NCBI GenBank assembly: GCA_043756645.1
Contig: JAYUQS010000131.1
Coordinates: 7,158-71,157, forward strand
Direction: 5' to 3'
DNA: 64,000 nt
Source: Hyphomicrobiales bacterium
GTDB taxonomy: Bacteria > Pseudomonadota > Alphaproteobacteria > Rhizobiales > Aestuariivirgaceae
The notes below the pieces were generated by a model. The model searched no databases. It was not told the DNA's origin and saw only the letters and a list, made by a program, of their open reading frames with translations. Each line of letters starts with the position of its first letter. The stretch's first letter is position 1. Shown here one piece after another: positions 25,474 through 34,607 of the stretch. Made by a program: the position numbers and the translations under genes.

Positions 25474-27254
25474 CTGGCGACACCCCAAACCCCATTCTCG
25501 ATGCACTTGATCAGGCGCAGCCAGTCAATGCTGAACCCTCCGCACCTCCGCACCATCACGAGGACATCGAAGACCCGGGCGAACAGGAAGCGCCATCCGA
25601 TATCAATTGGGATTTGCTGCGGCTTTGTGTCAATGAATTGCAAAACGATATCGGCAATTCATGGCGGCTGCGGCATCGCTTTGGTGGTAATTTAATCCAC
25701 ATTCAAAACGTCGGTTTTTTCGCCTGGGATGGAAAACGTTGGGCTGAAGACACCGATCTCCGGCAAGCAAAACCCATGTGCCATGCCACGGCTACGGCCA
25801 TCGCGCTTGAGGCGATTTTGATTGTGCCGTCGGACAAGGAAAGTGCGGCAATCGAATTGGGCGAAGCTGCGGCCGCCGCCGTGCAAGATGCGCACAAGCG
25901 CATGCGCGAATTGGCGTTGCAGGATTTAAAACCGAAAGACCGGAAACAGCGGGCCGACGAAATCCGCATGGAGATTGATGCGGCACGCGATGAAATTGCC
26001 GATGGCCGCAAAGCGCAAGCCGCTGTGCAGGCACGCCGCGCCAATCGCCGTCGCTTCTCCATCTCATCGGGCAATGCCGGAAAGCTGAACGGCATGCTCG
26101 ACCAGGCGCTACCCTATTTGTCACGCCCCATTCTCGACATGGACGTTGATGCTTATGCCCTCAATGTCGGCAATGGGACGCTGCGCTTTACCGAGCGGGC
26201 TGATATTGCCGGGCGGTGGCAGGTTGATGTGAAACCCCATGCCCCCACCGACATGATCACCAAACTGGCGGATGTGGACTATAACCCGCAAGCCAAGGCT
26301 CCGGTGTTTCATAAATTCCTGAGTGAGGTTTTGCCCAACGAAAACGTGCGGGGCTTCCTGCAGCGGTATTTTGGCTATAGCCTGACAGCGCTGACCTCGG
26401 AACAGGTGTTTGCCATTTTGCATGGAGAGGGGCGCAACGGCAAATCCACGCTGGTCGATATTATGGCCAAAATCTTGTCGGATTATTCAACCTCGATTCC
26501 CATCGCCACACTGGTCAACGACAATCGTGCGGGCAAGGGCAGTGAGGCCACGCCGGATCTGGCGCGATTGCCCGGTGCACGTCTGGTGCGCTCGGCCGAA
26601 CCGCGTGAGGGCTTGTCATTCGATGAGAGTCTGATCAAGGGTTTGATTTCGGGTGAGCCTTTGCCGGTGCGGCGCTTGAACCAAGATTTCATTGATATTT
26701 ACCCCACCTTCAAATTGATCATTTCCGTCAATCGCAAGCCCACCATCAAGGGCAATGACGATGGCATCTGGCGGCGGGTGCGGCTGGTGCCGTTTGAGAT
26801 ACAGGTCGAGGTGGGCAAGGAAGACAAAAGCCTGCCGGAAAAGCTGTGGGATGAACGCTCCGGCATTCTGAATTGGATGATTGAGGGGGCGCTTGATTAT
26901 TTCGAGCGCGGCGGCCTCGATGCGCCGGAAGCGGTGTTGATGGCAACGCAGGAATATCGTGACGAAAGCGATCTGGTGGGCAGCTTCGTGCGCGCCGCCC
27001 TCGACATCACCAACGAGAGTTACGACCAAATGGAAACGGGAGCGCTTTACAACGCCTTCATTGCCTATGCCAAGCGGCAAGGTGTGCCCCTGATGAGCGG
27101 CACCACCTTTGCCCGCCGCATGCCAAGGACCGCCAGCCAATTCGGCATCCTCAAGGGAAAGTCATCACTCACGGTTTATTCCGGCATCAAACTGCGGCCA
27201 GAGTTCGAGATGCATCACGCGTCGCCCTCACACACCCACGAGGATGAGCGATGA
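25470..27254 (+). CDS. P4-family phage primase/helicase (D5-like SF3 helicase); contains the CRISPR protospacer
   Basis: HGEGRNGKST Walker A, PDLARLPGARLV, GIWRRVRLVPF. Confidence 0.92.
   Translation: MTGDTPNPILDALDQAQPVNAEPSAPPHHHEDIEDPGEQEAPSDINWDLLRLCVNELQNDIGNSWRLRHRFGGNLIHIQNVGFFAWDGKRWAEDTDLRQAKPMCHATATAIALEAILIVPSDKESAAIELGEAAAAAVQDAHKRMRELALQDLKPKDRKQRADEIRMEIDAARDEIADGRKAQAAVQARRANRRRFSISSGNAGKLNGMLDQALPYLSRPILDMDVDAYALNVGNGTLRFTERADIAGRWQVDVKPHAPTDMITKLADVDYNPQAKAPVFHKFLSEVLPNENVRGFLQRYFGYSLTALTSEQVFAILHGEGRNGKSTLVDIMAKILSDYSTSIPIATLVNDNRAGKGSEATPDLARLPGARLVRSAEPREGLSFDESLIKGLISGEPLPVRRLNQDFIDIYPTFKLIISVNRKPTIKGNDDGIWRRVRLVPFEIQVEVGKEDKSLPEKLWDERSGILNWMIEGALDYFERGGLDAPEAVLMATQEYRDESDLVGSFVRAALDITNESYDQMETGALYNAFIAYAKRQGVPLMSGTTFARRMPRTASQFGILKGKSSLTVYSGIKLRPEFEMHHASPSHTHEDER
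25769..25798 (+). other. Protospacer of spacer 197-226
   Basis: AAAACCCATGTGCCATGCCACGGCTACGGC, 30/30 identical; 3' flank CATCGCGC. Confidence 0.99.
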
Positions 27255-27600
27255 TTTGGGAATGTAGGGGACGTAGCGGCTCTTGGCTCTCGTTGCTTCC
27301 CAAAAGGGGTGTGGGGAAAGCCGCGCAAAATCAAGGGCTTTCGCGGCTAGGGCATGTAGGGGGGCAAGCGGCCTACCCCCACACGCGCGCGCGCACGCGT
27401 ATCATATGGCGTGGTGGCCTTGGGCCATAAGTGGTTTTGGTGATTGTTTTATCTATTGGTTTTCATTGGTTTCTATATCCCCTTCCTCCCCTACATTCCC
27501 AAAGAGAAGAAAAACAATAATGATTACAATAGATAACAAAACCCAAAGCCAAGCCGGATTGAAAAAGCCTTGGCCCCCTTCCTCCCCTACATTCCCAAAG
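27255..27600. repeat. Iteron-like repeats, probable phage replication origin
   Basis: 17-mer TCCCCTACATTCCCAAA direct at 27487-27503 and 27583-27599 and inverted at 27255-27271, plus degenerate copies and a CGCGCGCGCAC tract. Confidence 0.7.
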
Positions 27601-28137
27601 GCTGATTTGAGACGTGAGATTACACCGTGGCGGGCCTTGTGCTGGGCCTATGCCGATGAATGCGTCGGCGTTGCCACCAATGTGCCGGATGATCACCACC
27701 TCTATCTCTCAAACGGCCTGACGCAAACTAGCTACGGCGAACGGCTGGCGCGGGGTTCTATCAACGGCGCATTGGATGCGCATGAGGACGCCTTCACCAT
27801 TGATGGCTTCTTGTACCGGGCTTGCGGGTTGCGGGATGGCCTGCCGCCCTACCACGCCATTCGTGCCGCTGCCGAAAAGCGGGCGATGATCCCGGCTGAG
27901 ATCGTGGTGCCCGCCATCCAGTGTGTGCCGCGTCTCAACAAGCGGGGTGAGCCGCAACTGGAATATCCGTTGAACCGCAACGACAAGCCATACCTCTGCG
28001 TCGTAACCTATGAAGGCTATCCGCAAGACAAGGCCAATGAGATGCGTCGTCGTCATGCGCTGCTTCACGACCTGTTCGTCAACGTCATGGCCTGCATGGT
28101 TGATCTTCAGTTGGTCAAGTGGAAGATCACCCCTTGA
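27520..28137 (+). CDS. Hypothetical protein at the late-regulator position (start uncertain)
   Basis: ORF between ori and cos/terS; WRALCWAYADE N-terminal pattern. Confidence 0.55.
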   Translation: MITIDNKTQSQAGLKKPWPPSSPTFPKADLRREITPWRALCWAYADECVGVATNVPDDHHLYLSNGLTQTSYGERLARGSINGALDAHEDAFTIDGFLYRACGLRDGLPPYHAIRAAAEKRAMIPAEIVVPAIQCVPRLNKRGEPQLEYPLNRNDKPYLCVVTYEGYPQDKANEMRRRHALLHDLFVNVMACMVDLQLVKWKITP

Positions 28138-28245
28138 CGCCACGGGGAGAATCATTGACAAAGAGCACTTCAATCGCGCATTGCGTCCGGACGGTCCCCA
28201 CCGCCCGGACGTTTTCTTTGAGGGACACCCCCCCCACCCCCTTTT

Positions 28246-28358
28246 GGGTCCTTCCCACGCCACAAAACAACGCGGGCGGCAACAGCGCGATTGGTTTCTA
28301 GTCTGGGGTTGTTTTAAACAGGGTTGACGTGGTTGACGTGGCCTATTGACGGTTGACG
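28246..28358 (+). promoter_or_regulatory. Putative lambda-like cos packaging site
   Basis: cosQ-like GGGTCCT (28246-28252), cosN-like GGGCGGCAACAG (28274-28285) and four TTGACG repeats (28324-28358) just before terS. Confidence 0.65.
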
Positions 28359-28361
28359 ATC

Positions 28362-28874
28362 ATGAATGATGGCGTGTGGATTTCAGTTTCTGAGGTCGCC
28401 GCCGCCCGTGGTGTTTCAAAACAGGCGGTGCATCAACGGCTGAAAAAACTCAACGGCAAGGTCTCGACCAAAACCGAAGGCCGCCAGATGTTGATGAACA
28501 TCGCGGAATATGATCGCGCGGTCGATGCTGATACAGACCCGGCGCAGGCGCTGCGCAATCGTGACAGTGACAGCAAGATTGGTTCATCGGTAAAGTTTGC
28601 TGATGAACGCGCCAAGCGTGAAAGCTACGAAGCCGAGCTGGCGCGGTTGAAGTTGGAAGAGCAGTTGGGGAAGTTAATCCCGATTGCTGAGGTTGAGCAG
28701 GCCATGGTGCGGCTGGCGGAACGGTTGCTGCGGTCGATTGAGCAATGGCCGTCGATGTCGGATGATGTGGCGGTTCGCAAGGTTTTGAAAGAGAAGGTGC
28801 TTGAGGCACGCGGCATTCTGGCCAGTGACATGCGCCTGTTGCGTGACGGCGACCTGGTTGAGGATGAAGCGTGA
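28362..28874 (+). CDS. Terminase small subunit
   Basis: N-terminal wHTH (SVSEVAAARGVSKQAV) and coiled coil KRESYEAELARLKLEEQLGKLIP; directly before terL. Confidence 0.85.
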   Translation: MNDGVWISVSEVAAARGVSKQAVHQRLKKLNGKVSTKTEGRQMLMNIAEYDRAVDADTDPAQALRNRDSDSKIGSSVKFADERAKRESYEAELARLKLEEQLGKLIPIAEVEQAMVRLAERLLRSIEQWPSMSDDVAVRKVLKEKVLEARGILASDMRLLRDGDLVEDEA

Positions 28875-30856
28875 TGGCAGGGCACCCTTCAGCACTGGCC
28901 TTGATGGCGGGTGTGCTGGCCACGTTGCTGACGCCGCCTGAAAAGATTTTACCGTCCGTGTGGGCGGCCAAGCATTTGATTGTGCCTGATGGCCCGAAGG
29001 CTGGCGAAAAATGGAGCGCAGAGCTTACACCCTATATCATTGAACCTTTGGACATGCTGGCCCCTGACAGCGGTGTCAATAAGGTGGTGATCAGGAAGTC
29101 GGCGCAAACGGGTTTCACCACCCTTGCGCTTGCCTTCATCGGGCATTCGATTGACACTGACCCGTGCCGCATGATGGTGGTGCAGCCCACGGAATCCGCG
29201 CTCAACGATTTTAACCGCGACAAGCTGGGTGAATGCATCGAGCAGACGCCGGTGCTGCGGCGCAAAGTGCGGTCGCAGGTGTCGCGCTCGGGTGCGGGAT
29301 CCACGGCTTATTCGAAACGCTTCAATGGAGGTTCACTGACTTTGGCGATTGCCACATCGTCGGCTGATCTTCGCTCCAAGACCATCAAGAAAGTGGTGAA
29401 GGATGAGGCCAGTGGTTACCCCGCTGACCTCGACGGGCAGGGTTCACCCCATGCCATGATCGAGGTGCGCTATGAAAGTTTCCGGCGCACCGAAGATTGG
29501 AAGGAACTGAATATCTCGACGCCTGTGTTGAAGGGCGAGTGCTACATTGATCAGGAATTTGAGACCGGAGACAAGCGTTACTGGCACATCGAATGCCCGG
29601 GCTGCGGCGAGGCAATTTACTTCGTGTTCGACAAGAGCACGTTCCGCTACAACGCGGAATACCCTTACAATGCGCATTACGTGCCGCCTTGCTGTGGTGT
29701 GCCGATTGAAGCGCATCAGAAATATGATCTCGTTGCCAAAACGCCGTTCAAGTGGATTGCCACCGACCCCGGCCCCGGCAAGCATGTGAGCTATCACTTC
29801 GATGCGCTCTCGTCGCCGTTAGTGCCGTGGGACTTGATTGCTGAGCGGGCGGTGCTGGCGGGTGATGATCCGGTGAAGCAAAAGGGTTTCTATAACCTGA
29901 CGCTGGGCCTCGCCTTTGAAATGAAGGGCGACGTGCCTGACTATGAACGCCTGATGGAACGGCGTGAGGATTATGGCCGTTTTACATTGCCGCCACCGGT
30001 GTTGATGTTGGTGGGCTCTGCCGACATTCAGATGCGCGGCATTTATTATGAAATTCTGGGGTTGGCCCCTGATGCCCAAAGCTGGGTGATTGATGCGGGG
30101 TATCTTGACGGCGACACGTCTGATCCTGCCGGTGGTGCTTTTGCGTTGTTGGATGAGGTTTATCACAAGACCTACGCCGACGCCTTTGGCAATCAACGTG
30201 GCGTCGACATGTTCGGTGTCGACTCCGGTTATCGCAGCCATGTGGTTTATTCGTGGGTGCGGGCGAGACCGAAGGCACACGCTCTAAAAGGTGCCGAGGG
30301 TTGGTCGCGGCCAGCATTGGGAACACCTGCCATGGTCGATATCGACTTTGGCAATCGCAAGATCAAGAACGGGGCCACGGTACGGGCTGTTGGTACATGG
30401 TCGTTGAAGGCTTCGCTCTATTCGAACTTGCGGAAAGCTGGCGCCAAAGCAGGTGCTGAATTTGACCCGCCCGGCTATTGCCACTTCGGCGCCTGGCAGG
30501 ATGACATTTATTTCAAGCAGATCACCGCTGAATATCTCGGTGAGACGAAATTCAAAGGCCGGATGCGCAAGGAATGGAAATTGCGCAATAACGCCGAAAA
30601 CCATTTTCTCGATTGCCGTGTTTACAACATGGCGCTTGCCGATTTTCTGGGGTTGTCACGCATGACGCCTGCGGAATGGGCGGAGCTGGCGCGGCAACGT
30701 GGTGCGGAAAGCCTCGTCAGTGATGACGGGATGTTCGCGCCAGATCCATTGCGGGTGCAACAGGCGCGGGCGGCAAAGGCTGTGGTGGCGGTGGCGCCGA
30801 CAAAGCCTGAACAGAAACAAGACAATTGGCTCGACGGTTTCAGCGTCGACATTTAG
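28871..30856 (+). CDS. Terminase large subunit (lambda GpA family)
   Basis: KSAQTGFT Walker A, VKDEASGYP, ISTP, CPGCG and NHFLDCRVY motifs. Confidence 0.95.
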   Translation: MMAGHPSALALMAGVLATLLTPPEKILPSVWAAKHLIVPDGPKAGEKWSAELTPYIIEPLDMLAPDSGVNKVVIRKSAQTGFTTLALAFIGHSIDTDPCRMMVVQPTESALNDFNRDKLGECIEQTPVLRRKVRSQVSRSGAGSTAYSKRFNGGSLTLAIATSSADLRSKTIKKVVKDEASGYPADLDGQGSPHAMIEVRYESFRRTEDWKELNISTPVLKGECYIDQEFETGDKRYWHIECPGCGEAIYFVFDKSTFRYNAEYPYNAHYVPPCCGVPIEAHQKYDLVAKTPFKWIATDPGPGKHVSYHFDALSSPLVPWDLIAERAVLAGDDPVKQKGFYNLTLGLAFEMKGDVPDYERLMERREDYGRFTLPPPVLMLVGSADIQMRGIYYEILGLAPDAQSWVIDAGYLDGDTSDPAGGAFALLDEVYHKTYADAFGNQRGVDMFGVDSGYRSHVVYSWVRARPKAHALKGAEGWSRPALGTPAMVDIDFGNRKIKNGATVRAVGTWSLKASLYSNLRKAGAKAGAEFDPPGYCHFGAWQDDIYFKQITAEYLGETKFKGRMRKEWKLRNNAENHFLDCRVYNMALADFLGLSRMTPAEWAELARQRGAESLVSDDGMFAPDPLRVQQARAAKAVVAVAPTKPEQKQDNWLDGFSVDI

Positions 30857-30865
30857 GCGGGTTCC

Positions 30866-31096
30866 ATGACTTTTCAAAGTTCAGTGACGCAAGAGCAGAT
30901 CAACGCGCTCGAAAAGGCCTTGGCCAGTGGCACGCTGGAAGTGACCTTTGACAGCAGTGGTTCGCGCAAGACCGTGAAGTATCAATCCACCGACGCCATG
31001 TTGAAGGCGCTGCAATACATGCGCGACGCCATGGCGCAGTCGTCGGGCACTGCGGTGCCTCAAGTTTCATCCTTCGCGGTTTTTCAACGGGACTAA
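30866..31096 (+). CDS. gpW-like head-tail joining protein
   Basis: ALASGTLEVTF...VKYQS...L between terL and portal. Confidence 0.85.
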   Translation: MTFQSSVTQEQINALEKALASGTLEVTFDSSGSRKTVKYQSTDAMLKALQYMRDAMAQSSGTAVPQVSSFAVFQRD

Positions 31097-31101
31097 TCTC
31101 A

Positions 31102-32970
31102 ATGGAATTGAACGGTCTGGAACGGCTGATCGCAGCGATCAGCCCGGGCTTCGGCGTGCGCCGATTGAGCGAGAAGCTGGCGCTGCGTGAGGCCAGTATT
31201 GCCGCGCGCGGCTTTGATGCTGCACGCAATGACCGGCGCACCAAGGGGTGGAATGCCTCTTCGGGCACGGCAAACAGTGAGATGCAGGGGGCCTTGGCCA
31301 CGGTGCGGAACCGTTCCCGTGACCTGGTGCGCAACAATGAATATGCCGGAAATGCCAAGCGCAAGCTGGTGGCCCATATTGTGGGGGCTGGCATTGTGCC
31401 GCGTGCCCACTCCACCTTGAAACAGGGCACCAAAGAACGCGCGCTTTCGGCGTGGAATGCCTTTGCCGAGACCTGTGACCCTGAAGGCTTGACCGATATT
31501 TACGGCATTCAAGCCCGTGCGGTGGGGGAAGCCATTGAAGGTGGTGCTGCTTTCATCCGTTGGCATTTTCGCGGGCCGGAATTCGGGCTGAAAGTGCCGC
31601 TGCAATGCGAAGTGCTGGAACATGATTTTCTCGACCTGCAGAAAAATGAGGCCACGGACACTGGCGTGATTGTCAATGGTGTCGAGTTTGATGTGCATGC
31701 CCGCCGTGTGGCTTATTGGTTGTTCCCGGTGCACCCCGGCGCTGTGGCCACCAGTTGGCGCATGGGCAACAAGTGGAAATCCGAACGGGTGGATGCGGGT
31801 CTGGTGGATCACATTTTCCGTGTGGACCGCCCAGGCCAAGTGACAGGTGTGCCGTGGATGGCACCAATCGCGCTGCGCCTGCGTGACATTGCTGATTATG
31901 AAGCCGCTGAACTGGTGCGCAAGAAAATTGAAGCTTGCCTCACCGTGTTTGTGAAAAAGAATGGTGCGGCGGGACAAAACCTTGTCGACACCACGCGGCA
32001 GGAAAAAGACGCCAAGGGCAACCGTCTCGAAAAGGTGTCGCCCGGCCTTGTGAGCTATTTGCAGGAAGGTGAGGAAATTCAAACCTCGGTGCCTGCGGCT
32101 GTGGATGGTTATGCCGATTATCTGTCGCAGCATTTGTATGCCGCAGCTGCTGGCATGGGCATGCCGATGCACATGTTCTCCGGCAATTTGTCGGGCGCGA
32201 ATTATTCCTCATTGCGCGAGGGCAAGATTGATTTCTGGCAGGTGCTTGACCAATGGCAATGGCACTGGCTGGTGCCGCAAATGGTGTCGAAGCAATGGCG
32301 GCGCTGCATGGTTGCGGCGAGTGGCCGTGGCCTTGGCGTGTCGGCGGATGTGGTGGCGGAATTCCAAGTGCCGAAACGGCCTTGGGTTGATCCACTCAAA
32401 GACGTTCAAGCCGAAGAAAAAGAATTGCAGATGGGCTTGGAAACATGGTCGAGCAAAGTTTCAGCCCGTGGTTTTGATCCTGAGACACAAATTGAAGCCA
32501 TCACTTTAGAGCGCAAATTGCTCGATAAGGCGGGCATTTCATTGAAGCCTGCGCAACAGCAACAGGCTGAAGCCACGGCAGCGGCCACGGCGGCGGCTGC
32601 GACCGCCAAAACCGCAAGCGATGAAGACGATGAGACAACGCGCGAACTTGCCGCCATCAATGTGAAGCTTTCAGGATTCCTGGAACAGCGCGCATCTCTA
32701 TCTGAACCTGTGACCGTGAATGTGCATGTGCCGGAAATCCGTGTGCCTGACATTCATCTGCCAGCACCGGTGATCAATTTTGAATATCGCGCCCCTGACA
32801 TCGTGATCCCCGAAATCAAAGTACCCGCCACCGTGGTGAATTTACCAGCTCCGATCATTCGCATGCAGGCTGAACCCACACGCGCCATGCGCCACCGGGT
32901 GAAATTGCCCGGCCACACAACCGAAACCGAAATTCTTTCAACCCCGTTTGACGACCAACAAGGAGACTAA
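31102..32970 (+). CDS. Portal protein (lambda family) with a long C-terminal extension
   Basis: FDAARNDRRTKGW, RNRSRDLVRNN, NYSSLREG and WVDPLKD motifs. Confidence 0.93.
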   Translation: MELNGLERLIAAISPGFGVRRLSEKLALREASIAARGFDAARNDRRTKGWNASSGTANSEMQGALATVRNRSRDLVRNNEYAGNAKRKLVAHIVGAGIVPRAHSTLKQGTKERALSAWNAFAETCDPEGLTDIYGIQARAVGEAIEGGAAFIRWHFRGPEFGLKVPLQCEVLEHDFLDLQKNEATDTGVIVNGVEFDVHARRVAYWLFPVHPGAVATSWRMGNKWKSERVDAGLVDHIFRVDRPGQVTGVPWMAPIALRLRDIADYEAAELVRKKIEACLTVFVKKNGAAGQNLVDTTRQEKDAKGNRLEKVSPGLVSYLQEGEEIQTSVPAAVDGYADYLSQHLYAAAAGMGMPMHMFSGNLSGANYSSLREGKIDFWQVLDQWQWHWLVPQMVSKQWRRCMVAASGRGLGVSADVVAEFQVPKRPWVDPLKDVQAEEKELQMGLETWSSKVSARGFDPETQIEAITLERKLLDKAGISLKPAQQQQAEATAAATAAAATAKTASDEDDETTRELAAINVKLSGFLEQRASLSEPVTVNVHVPEIRVPDIHLPAPVINFEYRAPDIVIPEIKVPATVVNLPAPIIRMQAEPTRAMRHRVKLPGHTTETEILSTPFDDQQGD

Positions 32971-32975
32971 AAACC

Positions 32976-33389
32976 ATGGCCAATCCACGCCCCACCAACG
33001 CCCTGCGCAACGCCATGTTACAGGCGATTGCGGACAAGATTGATTTTGGCATCACCGGCGGCAAAATTAATATTTACAACGGTGTCCAGCCCGCGACGGG
33101 TGACACCGCACTTTCCGGTAACACACTTCTCGGAACGCTGACGTTCTCTGTGGCCTGTGCTTCATCTATTGCGGCGGGGGTTTTAACCTTCGCGGCGATT
33201 ACCGAGGACACCGCAGCTGATGCAACCGGCACTGCGACGTTTGCACGGCTGACCGACAGCGCTGATTTGGCAGTGATTGATCTGGATGTGGGCACCGCCG
33301 GTGCGAGCATCAACCTCAACACCACGTCGATTGTCTTGGGCGGCCCAATCCGGCTGACCTCCGGCACCATCACGGCACCGGCTTCGTAA
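32976..33389 (+). CDS. Putative virion structural protein (137 aa) inserted in the head module
   Basis: Beta-rich, Gly/Thr/Ala-rich; GGAGA RBS. Confidence 0.65.
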   Translation: MANPRPTNALRNAMLQAIADKIDFGITGGKINIYNGVQPATGDTALSGNTLLGTLTFSVACASSIAAGVLTFAAITEDTAADATGTATFARLTDSADLAVIDLDVGTAGASINLNTTSIVLGGPIRLTSGTITAPAS

Positions 33390-33410
33390 GTCTGGACGGA
33401 AATTAGCCCC

Positions 33411-34604
33411 ATGCTTATTCTTGCATCAACATCTGACATTCTTCGCGTGGTCACATCTGCGGTTGCACAAATTGAAGTGCACGCGTCTTTTGTTGACCTT
33501 AATGGAACGACAGTCACGCCTGGGCGGACCAACACACCACACATTATAACGGCGACGACGACCACGGTTGTGGCAAGCCCCGCCGCGTCAACGGTGCGCA
33601 ACGTGAAACATCTTAATATCACCAACGACCACGCAAGCGCGTCGTGCGCAATCACGGTTGAACATTTTGATGGCACGACAACAATTGAGTTGATGGCTTT
33701 CACTCTGTTGCCGGGTGAAAACATGATCTTCAATGAAGAGGGTCGATGGGCGCATCGAGACGCGCAAGGTGCTGAATATCCGCCTACTGGCAAAGGAGCT
33801 TATGACGGCTATCCGTCGCCGCTTATGAAGTCAGGCACCGCTCCCGATGCTATCGGTTATTGGTACTGCACATCAAAAGATGCGGGTTTTCCCGGCGCGT
33901 GGTCACCGGGAACGCCGGGGGTAAATGGTCGAAATTGCGACGGAACGCAAGCCGCCGATTTTGGTTGCGTCCCAATTAAAAACCCTTCTGTCGGGGCAAA
34001 CTACATCACCGAATTGATGATGAGCAGTTCGCTTGCTCACTACAACAATTTTTTTGATGTTCTGTGGGTGAATACTGGCTTGGTCATCACTCAAACGACG
34101 GCTCAAGCAATCGCAATGGCGGGATCAATTCCGGCTCGTGATATTAACGGAACAACGAACGGCGAGGGCTGTTTAATTGCATTGCTTTGTACATCGGCGG
34201 TTGGACTTGCCGCCGTCAACGCGTTGGCCACGGTGACCTATACAAATTCTGAAGGTACAGCAGGGCGTACAGCAACCCTGTCGGCCACGATAGGTTCTCA
34301 AGCTCCGGCAACACCTGTGATCGGGACGTTAATATGGTTCAACCTGCAAGCTGGTGACCGTGGTGTTCGATCTATCCAGTCTTTCAATTTTGGTGCAACA
34401 TCATGGGTGTCGGGAAGTGTGTCTCTGATGATTACCCGTGATCTGTCCAGTATCGGGCAGGGACTTCCCTACATCACGTCAACGCGGTCAATAAAAGACC
34501 CTGGCGTTCGTTTATTTAACGGCACGTGTGGCCTTCACGCCTATTTGGCTTCATCCGCTACGGCGACATTTACCAATGGTGAAATCACCATTCAGGAAAA
34601 GTAA
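33411..34604 (+). CDS. Putative virion appendage protein (397 aa)
   Basis: Thr/Gly-rich beta-type ORF in the head-module insertion; AT-richer than its neighbours. Confidence 0.6.
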   Translation: MLILASTSDILRVVTSAVAQIEVHASFVDLNGTTVTPGRTNTPHIITATTTTVVASPAASTVRNVKHLNITNDHASASCAITVEHFDGTTTIELMAFTLLPGENMIFNEEGRWAHRDAQGAEYPPTGKGAYDGYPSPLMKSGTAPDAIGYWYCTSKDAGFPGAWSPGTPGVNGRNCDGTQAADFGCVPIKNPSVGANYITELMMSSSLAHYNNFFDVLWVNTGLVITQTTAQAIAMAGSIPARDINGTTNGEGCLIALLCTSAVGLAAVNALATVTYTNSEGTAGRTATLSATIGSQAPATPVIGTLIWFNLQAGDRGVRSIQSFNFGATSWVSGSVSLMITRDLSSIGQGLPYITSTRSIKDPGVRLFNGTCGLHAYLASSATATFTNGEITIQEK

Positions 34605-34607
34605 TTC

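Noticed and set aside
27283-27519. N-terminal 79 codons of ORF 27283-28137
   Set aside because: They run through the iteron/origin repeats, and the repeated peptide PSSPTFPK simply mirrors the DNA repeat.
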